Of a DNA stretch of 64,000 nucleotides, positions 26,697-36,087 are shown piece after piece. Where the stretch lies: NCBI GenBank assembly GCA_964461915.1, contig CAYWVD010000001.1, positions 90,211 through 154,210 on the forward strand, read 5' to 3'. Source of the stretch: an uncultured Candidatus Saccharibacteria bacterium (GTDB lineage: Bacteria > Patescibacteriota > Dojkabacteria > B142 > OLB20). The translations under genes were made by a program, and so were the position numbers. How positions within the stretch are numbered: position 1 is the stretch's first letter; each line of letters begins with the position of its first letter. The notes beneath the pieces are model-generated. The model was given only the letters and a program-made list of their open reading frames with translations. It was not told where the DNA came from and did no database searches.

Positions 26697-28365
26697 CTTT
26701 TTTGTTATCCAAGCATGCATCAATAAACCCAAGAAAAATTGGATGTGGCGACGTAAAATGTGATTTTAATTCAGGATGATATTGTGTTCCCACAAAAAAT
26801 GGATGAAACTTTTTATCAAGTTCAATGGCTTCCACTAGATCCCCATTTGGACTTGTTCCAGAAATTATTAAGCCTAGCTTTTCAAGGGTATCTCTATATT
26901 CATTGTTGAATTCGTACCTGTGACGGTGCCTTTCATCGACAATTGGCATTTTTTGGAATAAATCGCTTTTGTTTTTATCATAAAGAGAAAAGAGTAGGGA
27001 GTTGTTTTTAAGTTTACATGGATAAGCTCCTAATCGAATCGTGCCACCATATTTTTTATCTAAAATATTTTGCTTTTGGCTTTCCATCATGTGAATCACT
27101 GGGAATTTTGTTTTGGGGTCAACTTCAGTTGAATTGGCGCCTTTTAGTTTAGCAACATTTCGAGCGTATTCGATTACTGCCATTTGCATCCCAAAACATA
27201 GGCCAAGATAGGGGATTTTATTAGTTCTTGCAATTTCGACTGCTTTGATTTTACCTTCAACACCTCGACTTCCCCAACCCTGTGGGACTATTAGTCCATC
27301 ATATTTTTTTAAAGATTCTTGAAGATTTTTATCATTTTCTAAATTATCAGAAACTATCCAATGTAGAATTGGCTTGCAGCCTCTTGCCCAAGCAGAATGA
27401 TTAACTGCTTCGATAACAGAGGCGTAGGAATCCTTTAAGCTAAAATTACCGCTTTGAAAATATTTAGCAATTACTCCGATATTAACTTCTTGCTTTGGAT
27501 TATCTAGGTTTTTAAGTAATTTACTCCATTTCTTTATCATCAGATTATTAGTCTGAGGCTTTTTCTTAATATGCAGGGCCTTTAGTATATTTTTACCGAT
27601 TCCCTGGTCATAATAATGCTTTGCCACTTTGTAGATATTGTCCATGTCAGGTGCAGAAAATACACTATTAGAATCAATCATACAATAGGCTGAAAGCTTG
27701 TTGGCTCTGATTTCATCAATGCCTTCTTCGGATCGAGCTAATAAGATTTCAGGGTTTATTCCGGCGCTATTGAGTTCTTTTACTGAAAGCTGAACCGGTT
27801 TGCTTTTCATTTCTCCGATATTTTTAGGAACAGGTAAATAGGATAAATGTACATGAATAACATCGTTAGGATATTTAATCTTCAGTATCCTATTAGCTTC
27901 TAAAAAAAGTTTGTTACCTATTTCGCCTACTGTGCCACCTATCTCGATGATTGTGACTTCGGCTTTTTTATCTTTTGCGAGTTTTTCGATCCAATCAACA
28001 ATTACTTGGGGGACATGGTAATCAATGTTTACCCATTTGCCTTCATAAGCTAAAGCGCGTTCATCTTTAATGACCTTATCAATTACAGCGCCACAAGTTA
28101 AAGAGTTTGGCCTCGTAAACTGTTCACCGGTGAATCTTTCATAAGTTCCAATGTCCATATCAGTTTCAAAGCCATCCTCAAGGACGAAAGTTTCGCCGTG
28201 CTCTAATGGATTCATTGTCCCAGCATCGACATTCAAATATGGATCCGCCTTCATCATTGTTATCTTAAACCCATAAGACTTCAAAATTACGGCAATTGAA
28301 GAAGAAGCAATACCTTTACCTAAACCCGAAATAACTCCACCTGAAATGAAGATAAATTTTTGCAT
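26686..28365 (-). CDS. pyrG: CTP synthase; start trimmed to the Met of MQKFIFISGG
   Basis: 'FIFISGGVISGLGKGIASSS' N-terminus, GATase domain 'GLCFGMQ' with catalytic Cys. Confidence 0.9.
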   Translation of the reverse strand: MQKFIFISGGVISGLGKGIASSSIAVILKSYGFKITMMKADPYLNVDAGTMNPLEHGETFVLEDGFETDMDIGTYERFTGEQFTRPNSLTCGAVIDKVIKDERALAYEGKWVNIDYHVPQVIVDWIEKLAKDKKAEVTIIEIGGTVGEIGNKLFLEANRILKIKYPNDVIHVHLSYLPVPKNIGEMKSKPVQLSVKELNSAGINPEILLARSEEGIDEIRANKLSAYCMIDSNSVFSAPDMDNIYKVAKHYYDQGIGKNILKALHIKKKPQTNNLMIKKWSKLLKNLDNPKQEVNIGVIAKYFQSGNFSLKDSYASVIEAVNHSAWARGCKPILHWIVSDNLENDKNLQESLKKYDGLIVPQGWGSRGVEGKIKAVEIARTNKIPYLGLCFGMQMAVIEYARNVAKLKGANSTEVDPKTKFPVIHMMESQKQNILDKKYGGTIRLGAYPCKLKNNSLLFSLYDKNKSDLFQKMPIVDERHRHRYEFNNEYRDTLEKLGLIISGTSPNGDLVEAIELDKKFHPFFVGTQYHPELKSHFTSPHPIFLGFIDACLDNKKANS

Positions 28366-28400
28366 AGTTTTTTTTGGAGAATTAAAGTTACTATACAACA

Positions 28401-28853
28401 CTAGGAAATTTTGGGCAAGGAGAATTTTTCCCAATCCTCGATTTCGCCTTCTATAACATCAAAAAGAGGGTTCGGATCAATTTGTTTTATTTTTTTTATT
28501 TGTTCAAATCTTTTTAGATCGCGAACAGTAAGTTTATGTAATAAATGCTGATATTCATATTCGATCTGTTTGTTTGTAACCTTAATTTTTAATTCTTCAA
28601 TACTTTCAATTATATTAATTTTTGTTTTATCAAATTTATACCCTCTATTTTGGGATTCATTGAAGATGAATAGTAAGTATTGATTAATTAGGAGAATCGG
28701 ACTATTTGAATCTTTAAATCTTTTTAATTGAGGATGGTTCTTGTAACCTTTGGTTTTTCCTTCAAGGACTTTTTTAGCTAATAAACTTTCGCGCCAAACA
28801 GCGACTAATCCTTTATTATCTAGATATTTTGGATGTATTGACCAGAGTCTCAT
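28401..28853 (-). CDS. Pyrimidine-dimer DNA glycosylase (T4 endonuclease V / Pyr_excise family)
   Basis: N-terminus 'MRLWSIHPKYLDNKGLVAVWRESLLAKKVL...GYKNHPQLKRF' matches the conserved start of that family. Confidence 0.7.
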   Translation of the reverse strand: MRLWSIHPKYLDNKGLVAVWRESLLAKKVLEGKTKGYKNHPQLKRFKDSNSPILLINQYLLFIFNESQNRGYKFDKTKINIIESIEELKIKVTNKQIEYEYQHLLHKLTVRDLKRFEQIKKIKQIDPNPLFDVIEGEIEDWEKFSLPKIS

Positions 28854-28895
28854 TTGGTGGATTAAAAAATGTTGGAATGCGGAAATTATAAAAAA

Positions 28896-28970
28896 TCGGA
28901 GCGGAGAGACTTGAACTCTCGACCTCGCGGTCCCAAACCGCGCGTTCTAAGCCAACTGAACTACGCTCCG
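28896..28970 (-). tRNA. tRNA-Pro (anticodon TGG), no encoded CCA
   Basis: Hand-folded: CGGAGCG acceptor, anticodon stem-loop CGCGG-TTTGGGA-CCGCG, T-arm GAGAGTTCAAGTCTCTC. Confidence 0.85.
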
Positions 28971-28990
28971 AAGTGTTTTAGAACACATGT

Positions 28991-28999
28991 ATTTTATCA
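28991..28999 (-). promoter_or_regulatory. Extended -10-like TGATAAAAT upstream of tRNA-Pro
   Basis: Reverse complement of 28991-28999 reads tgaTAAAAT, about 21 nt before the tRNA 5' end. Confidence 0.25.
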
Positions 29000-29017
29000 C
29001 AAATACGTATAGAAATT

Positions 29018-30361
29018 CTATTCTGAAATTTCTTCTCGATCATCAATAACTTTTTCCTCGAAATTTTTTGGAAGTTTTTGGATCTTTTTGTTTATTGTTT
29101 TTATTGAATCTTTACCAGTTAGGCTAATCGATTTAAAGAAAGCCTTGATCGTCCTAATAATCTTTTTGAATTTAATTGTGATAAACAAGAATACATTCAA
29201 AATCTTACTCACGAGTTTGAGAACAGATGTAACTATTTGTTCTTTGAATAAGATTATGTTGTTGTAAATTAATATCGAGCCCATTCTTACTCTAACTTTC
29301 AGTTGATAGAACATATATGTTAATGTTTTATCAAAATGAGATAGGCCAGCCCAAATATTATCTAAAAATCCTAAGAATCCTTCGTTAGTGGTAGACAAAC
29401 CCGATGAAAGTTTTTCTCCAGCACCTTCCCAGTATACTTGTCCGATCTTTATATAGAGGCCGGATTTATATAAGGCTACACCAAAGAATACAAATGCAAA
29501 TCCTAATATAATAACATCCACTTCGTCACTTATTAATGCAGTAGCTGGAATTGTCGATGTAGTAGGAGTAGTGCTTGTCACAACAACTGATCTTGTAGCT
29601 GTAGGAGTCATTGTCCTAGTTGCTGTAACGGTTGGGGTATTAGTATTTGTAGGAGTAGCAGTTACTCTGCCTGTAGAAGGAGAAACTGTTATTGTAAATG
29701 TTGGACTTACAGTTGGACTTGCTGAAGGGCTAGCCGATGGAGTCCCTATTGTGGCACCCGGTGTATTGGTGGGCGTTGCAGTAGGTGTATCTGTAGCAGC
29801 TAAGGGGACACAAATACTGCAAGAAAAAGGATATTCATTAACAGAACAAGTTGCAAAATAGCTCACAAGCCGCTCGTTACCAATACATGCGACAGCTTTG
29901 AAATTAGTAATAACTCCGGTTGCCATATCCCTATATTCTTGAGGAATATATGCTGAACAATCGCATTTAAAGTCTGAGCCATCTACCCATTCAATACCTG
30001 TATCTTTATTAGCTGTATAGTTACATCTTGCCATTTTCCCAATATCTTTCGTCCCAAATTTGATTAATTCAGTATTAAACTTACAAGAATTTGTATTTTC
30101 TTTATTTGAACAAGAATCACCTGAACTTTGAGGCGCTGAACAACAATTTGATAAAGATGGAGTCGAAGATGATGTTTCGCAAGCGCAATATCCTACTGCA
30201 TTTTCAAAACAACCTGGGGGGACTAGCGCACTTGAATCTTCAGGAGCAGTTGATGGGGTCTGACTAAGTTTTATCCCTATGAATATTGCTCCTCCAGTAA
30301 TTAAAAGAGTCAATACTACAAACATAACTAAAGCAACTTTTTTATATTTAGGGTAGTTCAT
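29018..30361 (-). CDS. Type-I surface protein, paralog A: N-terminal signal/anchor, Cys-rich ectodomain, Thr/Pro linker, 'IPATALISDEVD'-TM, and a roughly 150-aa tail
   Basis: Shared N-terminal helix 'GGAIFIGIKL' and C-terminal module 'PxTALISDEVD + TM + YKSGLYIKIGQVYW' with the three upstream paralogs; 22 Cys in the ectodomain. Confidence 0.6.
   Translation of the reverse strand: MNYPKYKKVALVMFVVLTLLITGGAIFIGIKLSQTPSTAPEDSSALVPPGCFENAVGYCACETSSSTPSLSNCCSAPQSSGDSCSNKENTNSCKFNTELIKFGTKDIGKMARCNYTANKDTGIEWVDGSDFKCDCSAYIPQEYRDMATGVITNFKAVACIGNERLVSYFATCSVNEYPFSCSICVPLAATDTPTATPTNTPGATIGTPSASPSASPTVSPTFTITVSPSTGRVTATPTNTNTPTVTATRTMTPTATRSVVVTSTTPTTSTIPATALISDEVDVIILGFAFVFFGVALYKSGLYIKIGQVYWEGAGEKLSSGLSTTNEGFLGFLDNIWAGLSHFDKTLTYMFYQLKVRVRMGSILIYNNIILFKEQIVTSVLKLVSKILNVFLFITIKFKKIIRTIKAFFKSISLTGKDSIKTINKKIQKLPKNFEEKVIDDREEISE
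29577..29800 (-). repeat. Imperfect tandem codon repeats encoding the Thr/Pro/Ser/Ala linker of paralog A
   Basis: Periodic gt(t/a)gg(a/t)g(t/g)... units; the antisense strand gives a spurious VGV ORF. Confidence 0.5.
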
Positions 30362-30363
30362 TT

Positions 30364-31815
30364 TTAATCCTTATTAACGACTTTTTGAGAATTAATTACT
30401 TCTTCTTCAAATGATTTTGCCTTACGGATCTTAATTGATTTTAAAGAGGCAGAAATTTTGAAGATTATTGTTTTACTAATTCTTTTAACAAAGATCAATG
30501 TATTCAATAAACCTAAGATAATTTGATTTTTAATTCCAGACAATTTATTAAATACAAATTTAAAGCTGTAAACAATATTAAGACCGATTTTTTTGAAACT
30601 CATGATTAGTGAAGTCTCAAATTCTTTTATAGAACTGAAAAGTGAATTCGATCCTTCTTTCAAATCCTCGGATACATTTAAAATGCCGGATGAAACATTC
30701 TTACCTCCGTTATTCCAATAAAGTTGGCCTATTGAAATATACAAGCCTGATTTGTAGATAAATCCGCCGGTAATAACTAACAATAAACCGAATACTATTA
30801 AATCAACTTCATTACTGATAAGAGCAGTAGGAGGAAGTATTGTCCCAGTAGGAGTATTTGTTACAGTCCTTGTAATAGTTCCGGTAGGAGTTCTTGTAAG
30901 AGTTCCTGTTGGAGTGTTTGTTGGTGTCCTTGTGGGAGTATTGGTTGGTGTGTTGGTAGGTGAATTTGTAATAGTTAATGTACCAGTAGGTGTATTTGTT
31001 GGAGTGTCAGTCGGTGTTGGGGTTATAGTAGTACCGGCGGGTACACAGGAGCAAGGATTTTCACCTGGTTCTAGTACTTCTCCGGGATCACAAGCAGTCT
31101 CTACCAATTGACACATTCCTTCGGACCCATCAGGATTAAGGTCATAATCAAAATCACATTCATAGTTGGGATTAATATTTTTACATTGGGCATCTTCGGT
31201 ACAAATTCCGGAGTTACAAGCAAGTGGTTCGGGTTCTTCTTTACAAATATCAAGGTTGCCAGTGTAGCCGGATAAGAAACATTCTGGAGCTACATCACCA
31301 TCAAATTCAACATCAATTTGTTGAAAATTACACCAGTCTCTTTGTAAACAAATTTGATAAACTGATTCTCCGGTATAAAATTCAGGATTAGCATCTCCAC
31401 TTGGATTTACCCATCTTGGAGTTATGTTTTGGATATGTGGGGCTGGATTATTTTTCCAACTTGATCGATCTGAACAATTCTGAGGAGTACCGCCGGGGCA
31501 GCTACATCCTTGACCATTAACGCTCCAATCGCCATCACAAAAGTGACTAGCAAACTGACTCGATGATCCATTTAAAAGATATCTATAATTACTTTTTACT
31601 TGAAGACAAACTGTCTCATCACGAAATACTAATTCACACTGTTTTGGGTCAGAGGGGCCGTATTGATAAATAATACCGTTATAAGTAGCAGCAGATACAT
31701 CGTCAGGTGTTACATCAGGTTGCTGTCCTAACTTTATACCAATATATACTGCTCCGCCTCCTATGATTATTGTAGCTAATATTAGGGCAAGTGCTATAAA
31801 TCTTTTTCTATTCAT
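30364..31815 (-). CDS. Type-I surface protein, paralog B (483 aa): large Cys-rich ectodomain, (TPTNTPT)n linker, 'LPPTALISNEVD'-TM, tail
   Basis: Same architecture and C-terminal module 'YKSGLYISIGQLYW'; about 30 Cys; 2-nt gap to paralog A. Confidence 0.6.
   Translation of the reverse strand: MNRKRFIALALILATIIIGGGAVYIGIKLGQQPDVTPDDVSAATYNGIIYQYGPSDPKQCELVFRDETVCLQVKSNYRYLLNGSSSQFASHFCDGDWSVNGQGCSCPGGTPQNCSDRSSWKNNPAPHIQNITPRWVNPSGDANPEFYTGESVYQICLQRDWCNFQQIDVEFDGDVAPECFLSGYTGNLDICKEEPEPLACNSGICTEDAQCKNINPNYECDFDYDLNPDGSEGMCQLVETACDPGEVLEPGENPCSCVPAGTTITPTPTDTPTNTPTGTLTITNSPTNTPTNTPTRTPTNTPTGTLTRTPTGTITRTVTNTPTGTILPPTALISNEVDLIVFGLLLVITGGFIYKSGLYISIGQLYWNNGGKNVSSGILNVSEDLKEGSNSLFSSIKEFETSLIMSFKKIGLNIVYSFKFVFNKLSGIKNQIILGLLNTLIFVKRISKTIIFKISASLKSIKIRKAKSFEEEVINSQKVVNKD
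30841..31035 (-). repeat. Tandem imperfect 18/21-nt repeats encoding TPTNTPT/TRTPT units
   Basis: Visible periodicity (ggagt(a/g)tt(t/g)gt(t/a)gg...). Confidence 0.55.
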
Positions 31816-31885
31816 TATTATTTCGTAAAAAGTTTTTTAAATATTAATATATTTATAATCAGTATAAGTAATTTCTTCTAAGAAA

Positions 31886-32722
31886 TTAATCGATTTTTGA
31901 CATTTTCTTATCAAATTTGCTTCTATCTTTGTCATACTTCCCTTTAAAGAATCCATCTTTTAAAACAGCCGAGTAAAAACCATTCCTTCCTAAATTGAAT
32001 AAAAATTCGCCTAATTTAATGGTATATCCCGATTTAAAGATTCCGAAACCTAATAATAATAGAGCTCCACCAATTAAGATTCTATCTACCTCATCCGAAA
32101 CTAATGCAGTTGGTGGTAAAGGACTTGAAGTCACTGTTGATGGTGGAACTGAAGTGCTAATAGGTGGCTTTGTAGTTTTTGGAGGAACAGTAGTTGTTGG
32201 AGGGACAGTAGTTGTTGGAGGGACAGTTGTTGTTGGAGGAACTGTAGTCACTGGTGGTTTAGAACATTTACATGTAAAAAGCTGACCGCAATTATCACAG
32301 GTTTGAGTTATAGTGTTTGTCCCGCCTTCGTTTCCGATTCCATCCAGGCAATCCTCTTCGCACTGAGCTTCATCACAACCGCAGGTACCCCAAGTAACTC
32401 CATCATCAGCTAAATAACAACGAGGATCATTATTTGTTTGAGAGGTTCTCCCAAAAGCGCAATAATAGCCACCTTTTGAAGAGTTATACCAGCATCCTGT
32501 CATGTGCTCATTTGGTGGATTTCCAATTTTATTACAGGTTTTTCCGCTACCTCCACGGCCTGTACAGGTCTCGTTTGACCAGATAATGTCAGAGGGAGTT
32601 GCAGCAGAGGCATTTTCGGGGCTGGTATCAACTGTAGCTAACTTTGCGCCAATATATATAGCAATTCCAGATAAAACTATCATAAAGCCGACTAGTATGT
32701 ATATGACTACTTTTTTATTCAT
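31886..32722 (-). CDS. Type-I surface protein, paralog C (278 aa): Cys-rich domain, (TTVPP)n linker, 'LPPTALVSDEVD'-TM, short tail
   Basis: Shares N-terminal 'GIAIYIGAKL' and C-terminal 'FKSGYTIKLGEFLFNLG' with its paralogs. Confidence 0.6.
   Translation of the reverse strand: MNKKVVIYILVGFMIVLSGIAIYIGAKLATVDTSPENASAATPSDIIWSNETCTGRGGSGKTCNKIGNPPNEHMTGCWYNSSKGGYYCAFGRTSQTNNDPRCYLADDGVTWGTCGCDEAQCEEDCLDGIGNEGGTNTITQTCDNCGQLFTCKCSKPPVTTVPPTTTVPPTTTVPPTTTVPPKTTKPPISTSVPPSTVTSSPLPPTALVSDEVDRILIGGALLLLGFGIFKSGYTIKLGEFLFNLGRNGFYSAVLKDGFFKGKYDKDRSKFDKKMSKID
32164..32252 (-). repeat. Four to five near-perfect 18-bp tandem repeats (ggagg(g/a)ac(a/t)gt(a/t)gt(t/c)(g/a)(t/c)t) encoding (P)TTVPPT repeats
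   Basis: Directly visible tandem units at 32181-32252. Confidence 0.7.
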
Positions 32723-33662
32723 CTTTATCTTTAATAATATTATTTTCGAATTTTAAGTTTTTATTTCCTTTAAACTTGGAAAGAATGTTAATGTATAAAT
32801 TTTCTAGACCTAAATTCCATAGTAGTTGTCCGATCTTTTCATCATAGTTTTTCTTAATAAAAATAATTCCTATGAAAATCAAAACTGATCCACCAACTAT
32901 AAAGACAATTTGATTACCATCTAAGTCGGTGCATGGAATTATCTCGATTTTCATGGTGTGTGTTATTGTCTCTAGAGTAGATGTGTTTTGATGAGCTGAT
33001 ATTGTTGAAATATATGATTTTCCATTTTCGCTTGTTGGGACTATTGCTTCGTATGTTAATTCAACTTTCCCATTATTTGCCTTTATTGATAAATCTGTCC
33101 ATTCAATGTCTTTACCTGATAATTTACCATTATTAGAAATCTTATTATTTGTAAGATATTTAACATCAAATTCATTTGCCAGTTTTTCAATTAATTTAAT
33201 ATTGGTTAAATCTGATTGGCCTTTATTAATTAAAGTTATCACAATATTGATCTTGGTGCCATTTGCAGAACATGCAAAACTTGCTTCTTTAGCAATTGAT
33301 AAACTTGATTTAATCGTACAAAGATCGTTATTGCAAAGATTATTAAGCGTTAGAGGTGAAGTAGTTTTGTTTATACAAACATCTAATACGCATCGCTTAC
33401 TCGCATTCACTGAAATACAGGTTGAACCGGCTTGGCAGGAACTATCAGTGCAAGGAGATCCGCATGCAACAGCAGGCTTTAATGTCGGAGTTGGTGTTGG
33501 GGTCCTTGTTATTGATTGGCTGGGAGAAATGAAGATTGTTGGAGTAGGGGTAACTGCCGGTGTTTTCTTTTTTGATAAATTATACCCAAGATAAAGGGTA
33601 ATACCACCCAGAATAATAGTAATGATAAATAGTATTATTACTGTTACCTTCTTAGAGTTCAT
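32715..33662 (-). CDS. Type-I surface protein, paralog D (315 aa): N-terminal Thr/Pro linker, Cys-rich region, beta-rich repeat-like domain, 'IPCTDLDGNQ'-TM, tail 'KIGQLLWNLG'
   Basis: Divergent member; conserved N-terminal helix 'GGITLYLGYNL' and C-terminal 'KIGQLLWNLG'; overlaps paralog C by 8 nt. Confidence 0.5.
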   Translation of the reverse strand: MNSKKVTVIILFIITIILGGITLYLGYNLSKKKTPAVTPTPTIFISPSQSITRTPTPTPTLKPAVACGSPCTDSSCQAGSTCISVNASKRCVLDVCINKTTSPLTLNNLCNNDLCTIKSSLSIAKEASFACSANGTKINIVITLINKGQSDLTNIKLIEKLANEFDVKYLTNNKISNNGKLSGKDIEWTDLSIKANNGKVELTYEAIVPTSENGKSYISTISAHQNTSTLETITHTMKIEIIPCTDLDGNQIVFIVGGSVLIFIGIIFIKKNYDEKIGQLLWNLGLENLYINILSKFKGNKNLKFENNIIKDKDE

Positions 33663-33682
33663 TAAACAAACTTGCCAATTAA

Positions 33683-35149
33683 TTAAGCATTAATAAAAAT
33701 ATTAATATAATTTAAAGAACATAACAAATATATTGAAAATAAAATTATTAAAGCTATTGAAATCCTTTTCATTACTCTTAAGAAGTATTCTTTTTCCTCA
33801 GACAGGGTAAGGAATTGGGTTGCTTGAGTAGAAAAATTGCATTCTTTTCCATCCTTAGTAAATACTTTTTCAATGATTAGTATTAAAGAAGCGGAAGCGG
33901 ATAAGGCTATCAGAGGGAAAATTGAAGAGGACGATGAAAGAATATAAAACAAGAAAATATTGATGATTAATATTGTTAAAGTTTTAAACAGAATCCTGGC
34001 TTGTACATTCATAATTCTTTTTAAAATTTGAAGAGAATGTTTGGCAAAAAAGAATCCGATTAGTCCAAGGGCAAGAAATGGCACAAGTCCGTATGCATTT
34101 ATAAATTGAAAAAGCAATGGCACTGGAACAGTATTTGTTAAACCTCTTCCAAGGAATATACTAACACCATGTAATTCTGAAAGACTAGCAAATCCGTTAT
34201 AAATAAAATAGTAATCGTTTACATTAGGGATTTTTATAATCGAATAAATCCCTACAGCTATAAGAATTAAAGTAATGATCAAAATTGAAATGTTCAGATT
34301 CTTTGAGATTGATTCATAAATGTTTTTCTGTTTTTTATCTATATTTTTAAACATTTTAGCTAAAGAATCTCTCTTCGAAATTATTAATGTTAAAAAAATT
34401 ATAAATAAAGTGATTATTGATACTAATATATTAATCGGGTTATAGAAGTATAAAAGACAGAATAAGCTTATTAAAAGATTTATTCCATTTAAAATATCAA
34501 CCTTAGGCTTTGATTTACCTGAAAAATTGACATAAAAAGACCAAATCAATTGAGCCGGAAATAAAATTGTTAAGAATTCTATTGCTGAATTTGAGATTTG
34601 AAGGTTGAATAGAATAATTAAAATGAATGATATCAGGGGCGAAACTTTGAACGCATTGATCATCCGGCGTATTGAAAGCTTTGATTGATTGTTAATATAG
34701 AAAAAATAATAGATCAAAGAAATTGATATAATTGATACGCCGGAAATGGCGTTTAAAGAAGGCCCGCCCCAAATATTTGTATTTGTTCTAACAATGGCAG
34801 TGTTATAAAAAAATGATAAGGCAATTAATGTTGTGAAAATTAATATCGGAATATCAAGTGGAATACCCAAAAAGTGCGGGCCTTTAACAGTTAAAACCCT
34901 CAAGATTTGTATAACAAAAAAGATAATTGCTAGACCATAGATCAGGATATTTAATACAGATAGATTATTTTGGTCTGTAAGGCTAGGTAGTAAAAAAAAT
35001 AATAATGCAATGGCTATTGAAAAGTTTCGCCCCACAAAATCCAATAAATTTATCGCTTTTTTTGCTGGCTCTTTAAATGAATTCTTGTCTGGGATAGTTA
35101 AGTTTAATTTGTATTTAGGGGTAATACTTATGCTAATTTTCCTAGCCAT
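33683..35149 (-). CDS. Polytopic membrane protein (at least 10 TM), possibly Wzy_C/O-antigen-ligase-like; first gene of the surface-protein operon
   Basis: 488 aa, almost entirely hydrophobic helices with one larger loop containing 'SELHGVSIFLGRGLTN'. The family assignment is a guess from topology and this loop. Confidence 0.35.
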   Translation of the reverse strand: MARKISISITPKYKLNLTIPDKNSFKEPAKKAINLLDFVGRNFSIAIALLFFLLPSLTDQNNLSVLNILIYGLAIIFFVIQILRVLTVKGPHFLGIPLDIPILIFTTLIALSFFYNTAIVRTNTNIWGGPSLNAISGVSIISISLIYYFFYINNQSKLSIRRMINAFKVSPLISFILIILFNLQISNSAIEFLTILFPAQLIWSFYVNFSGKSKPKVDILNGINLLISLFCLLYFYNPINILVSIITLFIIFLTLIISKRDSLAKMFKNIDKKQKNIYESISKNLNISILIITLILIAVGIYSIIKIPNVNDYYFIYNGFASLSELHGVSIFLGRGLTNTVPVPLLFQFINAYGLVPFLALGLIGFFFAKHSLQILKRIMNVQARILFKTLTILIINIFLFYILSSSSSIFPLIALSASASLILIIEKVFTKDGKECNFSTQATQFLTLSEEKEYFLRVMKRISIALIILFSIYLLCSLNYINIFINA

Positions 35150-35190
35150 TTGGTATAATTAACGAGTGAAATATTTATTAGTTTAGCAAT

Positions 35191-35199
35191 TGGTATTAT
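35191..35199 (+). promoter_or_regulatory. Extended -10-like TGGTATTAT upstream of folD
   Basis: tggTATTAT, 12 nt before the proposed ATG at 35211. Confidence 0.25.
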
Positions 35200-35210
35200 T
35201 ATATTCAAGT

Positions 35211-36059
35211 ATGGAAATTTTAAACGGTATTGAATTATCTGAAAAATTATTAGCTGAATTAAAACCGGCTGTTGATTCTTTCGCTTTAAAGCCAAGATTA
35301 GATATTGTGTTTATTGGCCAAAATGAGGCCAGTCAAGTTTATGTTAACAAAAAAATTGCTGCTGGAGAATTTTTGGGTATAAAAGTTGTTGTCCATTCGT
35401 TTTTAAAATCAACTACCGAAGAGATTCTCGAACTTGTAAAAGCTTTAGCAAACGATTCAGAAGTGCATGGGATTATTATCCAATTACCTGCTCCTGATAT
35501 TGATACTGAAAAGATTTTCCCATTGATTCCTGTTGAAAAAGATGTTGATGGTTTAAACCCAAAGACCTTGGGTAATATTTATCATGGAGATTTAAGTATT
35601 GTTCCTGCAACTGTGCGCGGAATAATTTATGTATTTGAACACATTGCACAAAAACAAAACCTCAGTCTAAAAGATTTCTTATCGGGAAAAAATGTCTTAA
35701 TTGCAAACAGATCTTTGATAATTGGAAAACCCCTAATGGGTGTTTTGAATAAATATAATGCAACTTGTACGATGGCGCATTCTAAAACTGAAAATATTAA
35801 TGATTTTGTCGGCGCCGCAGATATTATAGTTCTAGGTACCGGTTCAAAGGTTGAACTTGATTATTCACTGTTTAAAAAAAGCGTCGTATTAATTGATGCG
35901 GGTTTTAATAAAAAAGGCAAAAAGATTGAGGGGGATGTTTCAGCAGAAAAATTAAACCAAAATGTAGCATTTTTATCTCCAGTCCCTAATGGGATAGGAC
36001 CTCTCGGAGTCGCCTTTTTGCTAATAAATACTTTTGAAGCTTTCAAAAAGCTCTCTTAA
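35211..36059 (+). CDS. folD: Bifunctional methylenetetrahydrofolate dehydrogenase/methenyl-THF cyclohydrolase; start at the Met of MEILNG
   Basis: 'ASQVYVNKK' (active-site Lys region), 'GIIIQLPAP', 'DVDGLNP', 'PATVRGI'. Confidence 0.85.
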   Translation: MEILNGIELSEKLLAELKPAVDSFALKPRLDIVFIGQNEASQVYVNKKIAAGEFLGIKVVVHSFLKSTTEEILELVKALANDSEVHGIIIQLPAPDIDTEKIFPLIPVEKDVDGLNPKTLGNIYHGDLSIVPATVRGIIYVFEHIAQKQNLSLKDFLSGKNVLIANRSLIIGKPLMGVLNKYNATCTMAHSKTENINDFVGAADIIVLGTGSKVELDYSLFKKSVVLIDAGFNKKGKKIEGDVSAEKLNQNVAFLSPVPNGIGPLGVAFLLINTFEAFKKLS

Positions 36060-36087
36060 ATAATTCGTACCCAATCTTTAAATGGTT

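Noticed and set aside
17767-28970. Possible tRNA-bounded genomic island or ICE carrying the T4SS-like locus (between tRNA-Asn and tRNA-Pro)
   Set aside because: There is no integrase, relaxase, VirD4 or visible direct repeat of a tRNA 3' end, and pyrG (core metabolism) lies inside the interval. I found no sequence evidence for mobility.
29571-33594. Plus-strand ORFs 29571-29861, 30914-31111, 31995-32285 and 33106-33594 encoding VGV/VVVGG-repeat peptides
   Set aside because: They are the antisense reading of the Thr/Pro-linker codon repeats of the minus-strand surface-protein genes. They are an artefact of the repeat, not genes.
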